IMG/VR virus record: IMGVR_UViG_3300028027_000001
From: a virus
DNA length: 64,000 nt
Reading direction: 5' to 3' (one strand)
Below the pieces are notes generated by a model that saw nothing but the letters and a program-made list of their open reading frames with translations, was not told where the DNA came from and did no database searches. Every line of letters begins with the position of its first letter. The first letter of the stretch is position 1. Below are positions 29,390-38,981 of the stretch, piece by piece. Both the position numbers and the translations under genes were made by a program.

Positions 29390-30066
29390 TACCAAAATCC
29401 TGTAAACGTTGTGTTGATACCAAGTGCTTTGGCAAATTTTGGAAGGCGACATGACCAATAACGCGCACTAGTTTTTGGTTCGCCAGTACCACATTTATGT
29501 CGTTTAGCGAATGCTCGGCGTGCCTCTGGGTTGTTTATTTTTGCTTTAAGTCCACCAGCATCACCAAATGACACTTTTTTGATATTTTTGGTTTTTGGAT
29601 TGCGAACATAAACATAGTATTTTTTACCACCAGCACCACCACGTTTTGGTTTTCCAATTGGTGGGTCTTTTTTGTCTGCTTCGTTAATATCTTCATCAAC
29701 CATAGGCATATCTAATGGTACTTTTTTACCTTCAAACATACCATACTCACCTAAATTGGTTTCGGTAAGTATTTCTTTGTCCAAATCGTTTACATGGATA
29801 GCTTCACGAACATATAAATAACGAGCTTCTGCCCATAAATCGAGGAATGATTTTGAACCATAGCGGAATGTGTTTTCGGTTAGTGGTAATTTATTTTCCA
29901 CATGATATCGCAGATTTTCCGTCATTAACACTGGTGTATTAAGTGACTCATTTATTACCACGCCAGGGTTTCCAACATTGTCACAATCGTGACACCCACA
30001 ATTACATTTGTCTTGTTTTGGTGGTGTGGATAGTGCTTCGCGAATAAGTTTTTCTAGTCTGTTCAT
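29389..30066 (-). CDS. Leader-bearing protein with a basic C-terminal domain (DUF6321-like)
   Basis: KKVSFG...ARRAFAKRHKC...SARYWSC; N-terminal LEKLIREAL leader. Confidence 0.6.
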   Translation of the reverse strand: MNRLEKLIREALSTPPKQDKCNCGCHDCDNVGNPGVVINESLNTPVLMTENLRYHVENKLPLTENTFRYGSKSFLDLWAEARYLYVREAIHVNDLDKEILTETNLGEYGMFEGKKVPLDMPMVDEDINEADKKDPPIGKPKRGGAGGKKYYVYVRNPKTKNIKKVSFGDAGGLKAKINNPEARRAFAKRHKCGTGEPKTSARYWSCRLPKFAKALGINTTFTGFW

Positions 30067-30077
30067 GTAGATAAATA

Positions 30078-31539
30078 TTACGATATTTTAGCGAATACTG
30101 AACTTGATTTGGTTGAAGATGAAGCATATCTAATTATATCTGAAATGATTTCATTTTTAATATCATCAGATTGAGATTCAATGATACTTGCTAAGCTGGT
30201 AGATAAATATTTGGATACTAGCCAGTTTAAGTCTTTTTCATCTACTATTTGGTTAAATTCTTCTCGGGATATTTTTCCAACTATTTTAATATAATTAGCA
30301 TAAAAATCATCCAATAAATTGGAATCATTTGATTTGAATTTTGTTTGTAATTCTGAGGTTGATGGTAAGGTTTTAAGGTTAAGGGAATTCAATACATCAT
30401 TGATGGCACCATGTCCTATTTTACCATGAGCGGCAGTTTTACCTTTTATTTCACCTGCAAAATTCCCAGCAAAATTAAATGTTCTAAATGTAATAGAACC
30501 ATCATTATATAATATTACCGTATTATTGTTGGTAGGTCTTGAATCTGCTCCTTCATATGTGTATCCGGCTTTATCTTCTTTACTTAAGTTATAAGTACCT
30601 AGCTTGGCTTCAGCACCTGTTTTTTTCAGGGATACTCCTATCAATTTATTACTAGAATATAAATCGGCAAGGGTTGCGTTTAATTCATTTAGTTCTGTTG
30701 GAAATTCCATTCCCAAAATGGATATATCTACCATCCAAATATCAGATGGATTCCATTTATCAGATTGCATAGATACACCTGATTTTTTCTTAGCTATGGC
30801 AAACGCTCCGTATATTTTATTAACAAATTCGGAACCTCGGTGTTGTTGGAAATTAGGATTGGGGTAATTGGATAATAATATATTAGCGGATAAAATAAAG
30901 GTATTTGTCCAACTATTTTGGTTTTTAATGAAATCTTTAACTTCATCCAAAGTACTAGAAACATCACTCAACCCATATGCCTTATCAATATTACCATCAG
31001 TTAAATCTTCTGGGGATATATTTCCTTTTTTTTATTTTGTATGCTATAGAGTTAACAACACTTTGAGATGATTCTTGGATTGCCGTACTAGCGGCCCCAC
31101 CACCTTGTCCGGCCCCACTACCAAATTCTTCTGTTTTTTTAAACGAAGTGATCCCATATGCTTTACCATTAGTGTCAATTAATACTTTAGCACCCTTATT
31201 TAAAATACTGTATTGTTTTTTCTTCAGGGCATCTATTAAGTCAGATGATGATTTGGGATCAATTACAATAGTAGAACCATCATTTAATTCAAATTCACCA
31301 CCTTGTAGTATTTTTTCTAAAAATCTTTCACCACGGTCAGAATATTTACTTGAAAATTCATTTCGGGGTGGGTATGGTTTTTCTAATTCTTTAGGGGACA
31401 ATGAACTTTCTGTTATATTAATACCTAATTTGCTTAACTCGTTTTCCAATAACGTAACGTCTTGTGGATTATTTACGTCTGGGTATCCCTTATGGAATTT
31501 GTATGATATTCTACGTAAAAATTGTTCAATGATATCCAT
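30078..31539 (-). pseudogene. Restriction-endonuclease-like (PD-(D/E)XK variant) gene split by one extra A in an A8 tract
   Basis: ORFs 30997-31539 and 30078-30971 fuse into ~486 aa if the T8 run at 31026-31033 is T7; DKWNPSDIW...GVSLKK motif. Confidence 0.65.
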
Positions 31540-32003
31540 TACGCTTCAGGTGTTTCTGGTTCAGTTGGTGTTTCTTCTTTTGATGGTTTTTCATCGGGGA
31601 AATTCTCAAAACCATCGTTGTCTTCGCTTGCCACTTCTTTAGTACCATATCTTAATATACGGGCAATAGATTCGGCCGCGCGTTCTTCTTCGGGGAGGTT
31701 AGCTAAGTAGTAGCGTTTACCTTCAATTTGAGCCATCCAACTACGTGTACCGTAGATGAGGTAAAATTCTTGGTTGTTCTTTAAATTAATACGAAATGTA
31801 GTTGGGCGTGGTGCTACCCAATCAATTGATGAGAGGAAATTATCGTATTCGTTAGTCAATAAATCAACCAAAACCGATTTAAGTTCAGGGAATTTGGTTA
31901 GTTCATCGTATTCGACAACATCAGGCAGTACATCTTGTTGTTTTGATTTATATACCTGTTTTGCTAGTTCACGAATGCGGGATTTGAAATCGTCTATTGT
32001 CAT
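31539..32003 (-). CDS. Hypothetical protein
   Basis: 154 aa; WVAPRPTTFRINL motif; acidic tail. Confidence 0.7.
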   Translation of the reverse strand: MTIDDFKSRIRELAKQVYKSKQQDVLPDVVEYDELTKFPELKSVLVDLLTNEYDNFLSSIDWVAPRPTTFRINLKNNQEFYLIYGTRSWMAQIEGKRYYLANLPEEERAAESIARILRYGTKEVASEDNDGFENFPDEKPSKEETPTEPETPEA

Positions 32004-32434
32004 TTCGTTTTGTTTTTGATACGATTAAATATGGTTTCAGTTAAATCAGGTACTATATTTGAATCATTTTTTGGTGGAGTAGATAACGCAGTGCGGATTA
32101 TTTCACGAAGTTTTTCTTCGTTTGTAGCCGTTTTACGTTCATCTAGTTGTTTTGCTTTGGATATGGCATGACCATATGCTACTTTTTCTGCATCAGCACC
32201 ATATTTTTTAAATAACATGTCTCGCTTGTCGGCGATCATTGATTTAAATATAGCTACTGCTTTTTTGGATACTTCGGGAGATAGACCTTCGGTTAATGAT
32301 TCGTTTTTTTCAGCAGCATATAGTGCACGTAAATGTGCTTTAGCTAATTCTACAGAATCAGAAACCCCAACGGATTTTAATTTTCCGTTGGGTAATTCTT
32401 TGTATACAGTTTTTCCGATTCTTTTGTAAGGCAT
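32000..32434 (-). CDS. Basic hypothetical protein with an internal KLREIIR motif
   Basis: MPYKRIG...AKAHLRALYA; LTE/LDE sites. Confidence 0.65.
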   Translation of the reverse strand: MPYKRIGKTVYKELPNGKLKSVGVSDSVELAKAHLRALYAAEKNESLTEGLSPEVSKKAVAIFKSMIADKRDMLFKKYGADAEKVAYGHAISKAKQLDERKTATNEEKLREIIRTALSTPPKNDSNIVPDLTETIFNRIKNKTK

Positions 32435-32435
32435 A

Positions 32436-32609
32436 TTAGTTTGCTTTGTCTTCTGCAGTAGATGTACGTTTGAAGTCAGCTGCTAATTTTTTAATTACGT
32501 TTGCTACACTACGAGCTCTACTACGAGATACTTTTGTTGTTTTTGTGTGTTCTGCTTTCAAAACTTCTACAGCCGCAACTAATGCGTCTAGGATTTCTGT
32601 TGTGTTCAT
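32436..32609 (-). CDS. Histone H1-like (Hc1-type) nucleoid protein, 57 aa
   Basis: Not in the ORF track. MNTTEILDALVAAVEVLKAEHTKTTKVSRSRARSVANVIKKLAADFKRTSTAEDKAN matches the K...RAR....IKK...FRK.S pattern. Confidence 0.7.
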   Translation of the reverse strand: MNTTEILDALVAAVEVLKAEHTKTTKVSRSRARSVANVIKKLAADFKRTSTAEDKAN

Positions 32610-32632
32610 AGATTTTATTATTTATTTGTTTA

Positions 32633-33430
32633 TTATTGTGCCATTGATTGATCAATAGCGAATTTAAGTGTGTTTAAGATTTGAGTAGTTAATTTCTCAT
32701 TACCCATTGCTTTAGCAGCATCCAATGACGTCATTAAATGGTTAATTAATTCTTTAGCGTCACCGGTTGCACCAGCAGCAGCAGCGCTTAATTCGTCTTC
32801 AGGAGCATCTATTTCTGTATCCATTTCCATATCTGGGTCTAGGTCAGCGTCGTCAACTGGGAGGTCTTCTTCTTTGTCTTTTTTAGCTTCGTATAGCTCA
32901 TCTTCGTCTTCAGCATCAATGTCGAAAAAATATTCGTCAGCATCGCTACCGTCCCATTCTTCATCTTCGAATTCATCTTCGATTTTATTATTTCCACCCA
33001 ATTCAGCTAATACCATTTCGCGAATTTTAGAACGTAATATGTTTTCATTTAACCCATTACTGTGTTCAATATCTGACATATTCATTAATGTCTTGAGAAA
33101 AGTAATATCACCTCTATTATAATCGGGGTTGTTGGAAATTTGTTCCATTTCCTCTGGGCCAAATCCATATCTATATGATTCGTTGAACCCAATTGTATTG
33201 ATTAATCTTGTATATTTTTCAGCTGCTTCTCTGCCTAAAATACTGCCTATGGTTCTTGCTGCATTTTTAATATTTTTTTGTTCATCAGCATCATGGGAAT
33301 CTAATCCATATTCATTAATTCTTCCAGGGTTTTTTTCCGTGTTTTCGTTTAATTTACGGAAAATAGGGTTCATATTTTCAATAGATTTGCTCTCTACTAA
33401 AAATTTACGTAAGTCAAAGTTATCGCTCAT
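32633..33430 (-). CDS. Acidic putative internal head protein
   Basis: FDLRKFLVE leader, several LNE/INE sites, LRSKIREMV motif. Confidence 0.6.
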   Translation of the reverse strand: MSDNFDLRKFLVESKSIENMNPIFRKLNENTEKNPGRINEYGLDSHDADEQKNIKNAARTIGSILGREAAEKYTRLINTIGFNESYRYGFGPEEMEQISNNPDYNRGDITFLKTLMNMSDIEHSNGLNENILRSKIREMVLAELGGNNKIEDEFEDEEWDGSDADEYFFDIDAEDEDELYEAKKDKEEDLPVDDADLDPDMEMDTEIDAPEDELSAAAAGATGDAKELINHLMTSLDAAKAMGNEKLTTQILNTLKFAIDQSMAQ

Positions 33431-33467
33431 TGTTTATGTTTTCGGTATAAATATATGTGAGTATGTG

Positions 33468-33680
33468 TTATTTGTGGTTTTGTTTAAGTATCGCTAATGT
33501 TTGTGTAACTTGTTCACGTAACGCTTGAGCATCAAATGGTACTTCGTTTTCGTTTACATTTTCTAAATCCATCAAAATCGAATCTAATCTGCCATATATT
33601 TTTTCAGGTAAGGTTAATTCAAGTGGGGATTCGTTTAAGTATTGGTTTTTGAACCATTTATGTGCGTCAAATTCACTCAT
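33468..33680 (-). CDS. Small hypothetical protein
   Basis: FDAHKWFKNQYLNE leader similar to that of 33430. Confidence 0.6.
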   Translation of the reverse strand: MSEFDAHKWFKNQYLNESPLELTLPEKIYGRLDSILMDLENVNENEVPFDAQALREQVTQTLAILKQNHK

Positions 33681-34254
33681 TAGTATTTGGTTTACGTTTT
33701 AAACTATTTAAATATTCGATTGATTCTTGCATAGATTGAGCAACACGGTCCTTGTCTATACCACCAACCCATTTCTGGATGTCACCAGCTTCGGTAATAT
33801 ATCCTTCATTACTTTCGGATAGGGCATCTTGCATATATGCTTTGTAGTCTTCGATGTATCCGTCTATTTCTTGATTATATGCTTCGGTTACATAGTCGTC
33901 CCACTTGCCTTCTAATTTGAGTTTGGTTTCAAATTCAGTACGACAGTCTAAACATGAACCGTATGACTTGTAGTAATGTGGGTCCAACTGTTTATCCATT
34001 ACTTGCTTACATGATGGACAAAATAATGGGACTGCTACTTTTTTGAATTTGTCTAGTTTGGTGATATTTTCACGGATGCCATCTCTAATAGTCCATTTTT
34101 TCCCATCTTCTACCCACACATCACCTTCAACATGGTCTTCTTGTGTTTTTGTGTAACCTACACCGTGAGTGATGCGATCACCACTTTTACCTTTTACTAA
34201 ATTACGAATACGTTGTACGTCTCGTTCATTGAATTGTTTCTTTAGTACTGACAT
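33673..34254 (-). CDS. Hypothetical zinc-ribbon protein
   Basis: CPSC...CLDC; EGDVW.E.GKKWTI motif. Confidence 0.7.
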   Translation of the reverse strand: MSVLKKQFNERDVQRIRNLVKGKSGDRITHGVGYTKTQEDHVEGDVWVEDGKKWTIRDGIRENITKLDKFKKVAVPLFCPSCKQVMDKQLDPHYYKSYGSCLDCRTEFETKLKLEGKWDDYVTEAYNQEIDGYIEDYKAYMQDALSESNEGYITEAGDIQKWVGGIDKDRVAQSMQESIEYLNSLKRKPNTNE

Positions 34255-34793
34255 TATAACCCGAGTTGTTTAAGTTGTTGTATTGTGTCTGCGGCGCTAA
34301 TGTGGTGGATACCTACTCCACCTTTTGCTCTCCAGTCGTCGATAGTTGCTTTTCTATCATCGATAAGTATACGGTTTTTACGTGAATATTCTGCTTTAGT
34401 AGCAGCTGACTTGAAGTATAGTTTTTTAACGTTGTCCAAATTAGTAGTAACCCACAACATTTTTCCTTCTTTTGATTCTGGGTTAAATGTAGGTGCTGTT
34501 AAAATGTATGGGGTGTACTTTTTAATATAATCCCATAGTTGTTTTCCGTCAGACATCCATTCAAGTTCCGACCAGTATTTGAATTCGGATGTGTCTTTAT
34601 TCTTGATTGAATCGTTGAATGTTTTCCAAAAATCTTTCTTAACTTGTACGTCTGCGTGGTGAGTATGCTTACCTGTTAATTGGTAATAACCTTTGTCGAA
34701 GTCGACCAAAACGCCATCCAAATCTGCAAATATCACATATTTAGGGTGTTCATCCTCTTTAATTAGTTTATACAGGTCTAGTAATGTCTTCAT
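34254..34793 (-). CDS. HAD-family 5'(3')-nucleotidase-like phosphatase
   Basis: DLDGVLVDF, ILTAP, GK..W, ILIDD and W...GGVGI.H motifs. Confidence 0.9.
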   Translation of the reverse strand: MKTLLDLYKLIKEDEHPKYVIFADLDGVLVDFDKGYYQLTGKHTHHADVQVKKDFWKTFNDSIKNKDTSEFKYWSELEWMSDGKQLWDYIKKYTPYILTAPTFNPESKEGKMLWVTTNLDNVKKLYFKSAATKAEYSRKNRILIDDRKATIDDWRAKGGVGIHHISAADTIQQLKQLGL

Positions 34794-34797
34794 TTTA

Positions 34798-35472
34798 TTA
34801 AATTATGTTGTTTTTTTTAGATCTATTATCCGATTTATATAATGGTTGGGTATTGATATAATTGAATGCGGTGAATATATTTTTTTCTAAAGTCAAATCA
34901 AATTTAGATAGAGGAATTATATGATCTATTTCCCAAACATCTCCGTGATTTTCCCAAGTCATACCATCTAAAAATTGTTGTTCTATATATGATCTATAAT
35001 ATTCTATAGAACACCCCAAATATTGGAGGGATGAGTTGTCTCTATGTATATTTTTTTTAGTTAACATACTATTCATCCTACATCTTAAATTACTTTTTAA
35101 TTTATGATTTATATCAGTACTATATTTGATATTCTCCCAGTTTATTTTATAATCTTTGTTTCGAGAATATTGTTGTTTATACCAATCTTTAGTTTTATTA
35201 TTATTGGATATACATTCTTTGCAATAGTAATATATGCCGTTAATTGTATTTTTATTTTTTACAAAACATTCATTTGGTTTTTCAATATCACACATCAGAC
35301 ATATTCGACTGTTTTCGAATATAGTTTGTTTTTTTTCTTTAAGTGGTGAATATCTTCTTGACTTTTCAACCACACATGGTTTACAATATATATCTAAACC
35401 ATCTGATTTTGATTTATTTTTATTAAAATGGGTTAAATCTTTTTTTAGATTACATTTATAACATGTTTTCAT
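34798..35472 (-). mobile_element. HNH homing endonuclease with N-terminal zinc fingers
   Basis: Two CxxC...CKxC units; MTWENHG.VWEIDHIIP...N.QPL...N..K. Confidence 0.85.
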
Positions 35473-35513
35473 AACGGTGAATATACGTACCTAAGTTTAA
35501 TTAGGCACGTTTT

Positions 35514-36491
35514 TTATGAATTAGGTAATATGTGGTTTTTGAACTTTCTTAATAATAATCCACCTTGTTCATATGCTTCACGCTCAATTTCAAGTAACTT
35601 TTCATCTTCATGTATATTAGTTGTATTGATGGTTGGTAGGCGATCCTCTAAATTTTGCATATGATGAATATATTCATGACATATTGTAGCTAATACATCA
35701 CGGGGGGAACGGTTAAGAGAATATACGGTTATAGTCAATGTTGAAGGATTATAGTAACCAGTTTTACCAAAGAAATCACTAGCATTTTTAGTGTCGTTAT
35801 CTATTAACTCAACGCGTGGTAATGGTTGCACGTTCATCCCTTCACTAATCATATATTCGTTTAATGATTGAATATAACCTAACAATAATTGACGTGAATC
35901 AGTAGGTTGTTCTATTTCGGTTACTGTGGTTTGTGGGTTAAGTATATTTACTACTTGTTGTTTTTCTTCATCACTCAATATATCTGGGAGGTAGTGTTTA
36001 AATGCTTCATAGTTACCTGATAGTAATGCTTGGCGTGCTTTTGTTCCACTAACATCTGGGTCTCCAGAAAGGACAATGGTTTTAAAATTAGTGTATTTTT
36101 TACCTAGTGAATCAAATCGTTTAATATCGTTTTGGTCTGCTTCTGATCGCATCCCAACTACAGGGAAATAGAAATTTTGTGGATTTTCACCAATTATTTT
36201 ATGTATGTCTATAATAGGTGAATTAGCTTCTGCTATACGAATAGAAACATTTGAAGATAAATGATTTTTATATATTTCCCATATCTCCAAACTTTGATCA
36301 GCAGTTATACCGTCACGTACTTTATGTCCTATTAATACAATTACTTCGTCTATTTCTCCACGTTTTGCTACCTCATTAACTAAATAAAAATGTCCGGATG
36401 TGGGTGGTTTATATCCGCCAGGAATTAATGCTATGGATTTTCCTGGGGTTTCAAGGAATGGTTGGATTAGAGATTCAACTAATTGATTCAT
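35514..36491 (-). CDS. Cytidylyltransferase-like (HIGH-type) nucleotidyltransferase fused to a C-terminal HEXXH zincin-like domain
   Basis: PGGYKPPTSGH and VSGTKAR; C-terminal GYYNP...CHEYIHHMQ...EREA. Confidence 0.8.
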   Translation of the reverse strand: MNQLVESLIQPFLETPGKSIALIPGGYKPPTSGHFYLVNEVAKRGEIDEVIVLIGHKVRDGITADQSLEIWEIYKNHLSSNVSIRIAEANSPIIDIHKIIGENPQNFYFPVVGMRSEADQNDIKRFDSLGKKYTNFKTIVLSGDPDVSGTKARQALLSGNYEAFKHYLPDILSDEEKQQVVNILNPQTTVTEIEQPTDSRQLLLGYIQSLNEYMISEGMNVQPLPRVELIDNDTKNASDFFGKTGYYNPSTLTITVYSLNRSPRDVLATICHEYIHHMQNLEDRLPTINTTNIHEDEKLLEIEREAYEQGGLLLRKFKNHILPNS

Positions 36492-37243
36492 GCTAAGAAT
36501 GTGTTTATTTTTTGTTTGGCACTGTCTAATATATCGAATTTTGGTAACGTTTTTACCATTTGCTCTATATCACGATTTAACTGTGCTTTGTTTGCGTCTG
36601 ATTTTGCTTGTTCTTCTGGTGTTTTGGGTTTACCTGTTGCTATTTGATCAAGTAAATATGGTTTTAATAATGCGCTAGAAAACGATTTATTTGCGTCTTT
36701 CGGGTCGTTATTTATTAATATAAAGTTATCGCCAAATTCGCGCGCGTATGTGTCTATATTGCGATTTACATCACGCCATGTTCTCAATACAATACCAGGC
36801 ATTAAACTACGTTCACGTTCTGAATTACGTTGGAGTGAAGTTAATGGGGAAACATAAATCATTAACATTAATGTTGTATATCCAAGTGCCTCGAGTTCCT
36901 GTTTTTTCTTCAGTACTGGGTTGGTTGAGGCTCCTGTCCCATCAATTACTAAGTCTTGCATGTTTTGAATGGTTTGGGATAGTTTATCTTGGGTAACTTT
37001 GCGGGCCTGTGATTGCATTTTGGCTGCTTGTGATAGTTGATCAGGTGTGAAGTTTTTTTGTTTCAGACCTATACCACTAGCTTTCAACATTTCCTCATAT
37101 GTGTCATCTGAATTGATCACAGTTAATGATGGTGGGATAAGTTGCTTAGATATGTATGATTTACCACTGCCTGCAGGGCCAGCTAGGAATATAGCGTGTG
37201 GTTTATTTTGTATTTCTTTAAGTAATTGTATGAGACTAATCAT
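36488..37243 (-). CDS. P-loop kinase, zeta-toxin/AAA_33-like
   Basis: AGPAGSGKS, VINSDD, LVIDGTG and RNSERER motifs. Confidence 0.85.
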   Translation of the reverse strand: MISLIQLLKEIQNKPHAIFLAGPAGSGKSYISKQLIPPSLTVINSDDTYEEMLKASGIGLKQKNFTPDQLSQAAKMQSQARKVTQDKLSQTIQNMQDLVIDGTGASTNPVLKKKQELEALGYTTLMLMIYVSPLTSLQRNSERERSLMPGIVLRTWRDVNRNIDTYAREFGDNFILINNDPKDANKSFSSALLKPYLLDQIATGKPKTPEEQAKSDANKAQLNRDIEQMVKTLPKFDILDSAKQKINTFLA

Positions 37244-37254
37244 GACTATACATA

Positions 37255-38022
37255 TTACAATTTACGTTTAACTGTGGTTTTAAATTCGGTGAATGCTGGT
37301 TTATGTGTTGGGTTTTCGATGTCAAATATGCGTTTCACGTTTTTGAATATGTCGATATTTTCCTCAAATGTGCGAGTCGATTCAACTATTTCCCAACCTT
37401 TACCCTGCAATTTGTCCGCGTTTGGTTTACGTTTGCTGGATTTTAGCCATAATATACCACATCTATCGATTGGTTTATGGAAACATTCAGTGTAACATTG
37501 AGCATATACCGCTGTTTGTAAATCATAGGTTGTGTGTAAATGGTTGGATGTTTTTAAATCAAGTACCCAACGTTCACCATTCAATTCAATAATCAAATCG
37601 CACGTGCCTGCTACTTTCAATTCGTCTGAAAATAGGTGCACTTCGGCTTCAATTAATGTTGGATGGTGAGTTTCCCAAAAATCAACAAATCTTAATAACA
37701 TTTCCCAAACATCGGGACTACATAGTGGTTGCCCGGATGGGGAAAGAAAATGTAGCTCTTCACCATTTAAATACGCCTCAGCCATTTCGTGTACTTGCGT
37801 ACCTTCTTCTGCTGCTTTTTTAACTATATATTCCGAAGCAAACCCAACTTGTTTCAACCATTTTTCGAAATGTGGTCCTTTTGGATATGAATTTAATACA
37901 TAAGTAATACTTGGGTAATAATGTCCGTTACGGCGGTAATAACGTGAATCGGGAAGGGTGATTTGTTGAGCATCATCAGATATCTCTAAAATGCGATTAT
38001 ACGATCTTTTAATTTTACTCAT
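37255..38022 (-). CDS. PD-(D/E)XK exonuclease (lambda-exonuclease/Cas4-like fold)
   Basis: YPSIT.VL, GTQVH, AGTCDL, LDLKTS and LQTAVY motifs. Confidence 0.88.
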   Translation of the reverse strand: MSKIKRSYNRILEISDDAQQITLPDSRYYRRNGHYYPSITYVLNSYPKGPHFEKWLKQVGFASEYIVKKAAEEGTQVHEMAEAYLNGEELHFLSPSGQPLCSPDVWEMLLRFVDFWETHHPTLIEAEVHLFSDELKVAGTCDLIIELNGERWVLDLKTSNHLHTTYDLQTAVYAQCYTECFHKPIDRCGILWLKSSKRKPNADKLQGKGWEIVESTRTFEENIDIFKNVKRIFDIENPTHKPAFTEFKTTVKRKL

Positions 38023-38945
38023 ATGAGTTGTAGTTTATGTTCCATTAATCTATATTGAGTTAATGGTTGGGTTGTTTGTATTAATTTAGTGAATGTTTCA
38101 AAACCCAGCTCTGAAGGGTCTTTACCACTTAATTCAACTAAATATACTTCTTTGCCTATATTGAGTAGTTCTTCACAGAACTCAATTGCCTTTTTAATTG
38201 CATCTTTGTCTAATGCAATATACACTTTTTGTACACGGGATTCAACCAATTTTTTCATTAGTTGTGGTTGAATATTTTTTCCCAATAATGGAATCACGTT
38301 ACGTTTAATAGCGATAGCATCAAATGGTCCCTCACATAAAATGATAGGTAAATCCCAGTTGATAAACATTTCAAATGCTATTATATCACGCGATACCATT
38401 GGATTACGGTATTTAACATAAGGTTCATGTTCAAACGATCGTGCAGTAAAATAGTTGAGTTTACCATTACCATCATATGAAGGTATAACTACCATATTAT
38501 TATATAAACCACCTTCACAATATCCAATACCATATTTAAGTATATCTTGTGGAGTTAAACCACGTGATTTTAAATAACGATATGCATGTCTTGCTACACG
38601 TGAGTTATTGTCTATGAATGACTTATATTCTTTTGGTAATTCGAGAAATATTGTTTGAGTTTGATTAGATTCGAAATACGTTGATTTAACGTGTTTACTT
38701 AATTCACTCATATGTTCCGGTGAAACATTAATTCGCTTAAATAAACTACGCACTGTTTGACCCTTAACACCACACGCCCAACATGCCCACCTGTGTTTTC
38801 CTTCGGAGTTTTCTAGTAATTGTATTTCTAATTTAGGTTTTGGGTGATGACATAACGGGCAGTGATAGGCAATATTACCACGTGATGTACGTTTACCTTG
38901 CCCTAGTACCGAATTTACCAAATTAACTAATAACTCATTTACCAT
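38019..38945 (-). CDS. DNA primase (zinc finger + Toprim)
   Basis: CPLC...CWAC; CEGPFDA; ALDKDA; KDPSE. Confidence 0.92.
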   Translation of the reverse strand: MVNELLVNLVNSVLGQGKRTSRGNIAYHCPLCHHPKPKLEIQLLENSEGKHRWACWACGVKGQTVRSLFKRINVSPEHMSELSKHVKSTYFESNQTQTIFLELPKEYKSFIDNNSRVARHAYRYLKSRGLTPQDILKYGIGYCEGGLYNNMVVIPSYDGNGKLNYFTARSFEHEPYVKYRNPMVSRDIIAFEMFINWDLPIILCEGPFDAIAIKRNVIPLLGKNIQPQLMKKLVESRVQKVYIALDKDAIKKAIEFCEELLNIGKEVYLVELSGKDPSELGFETFTKLIQTTQPLTQYRLMEHKLQLI

Positions 38946-38950
38946 AATTG

Positions 38951-38981
38951 TGAATATACTAATTATGGGTGGTTAAGCAAA
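38951..38981 (-). promoter_or_regulatory. SigmaA-type promoter of the primase/exonuclease genes
   Basis: TTTG-N19-TATATTCA. Confidence 0.7.

Noticed and set aside
36488-37243. Epsilon-zeta toxin-antitoxin pair
   Set aside because: No small antitoxin gene upstream; only the general P-loop kinase fold is supported
37255-38022. Cas4 of a CRISPR system
   Set aside because: Coupled to primase, lacks the four-Cys Fe-S pattern and has no array; a replication/recombination exonuclease is more likely
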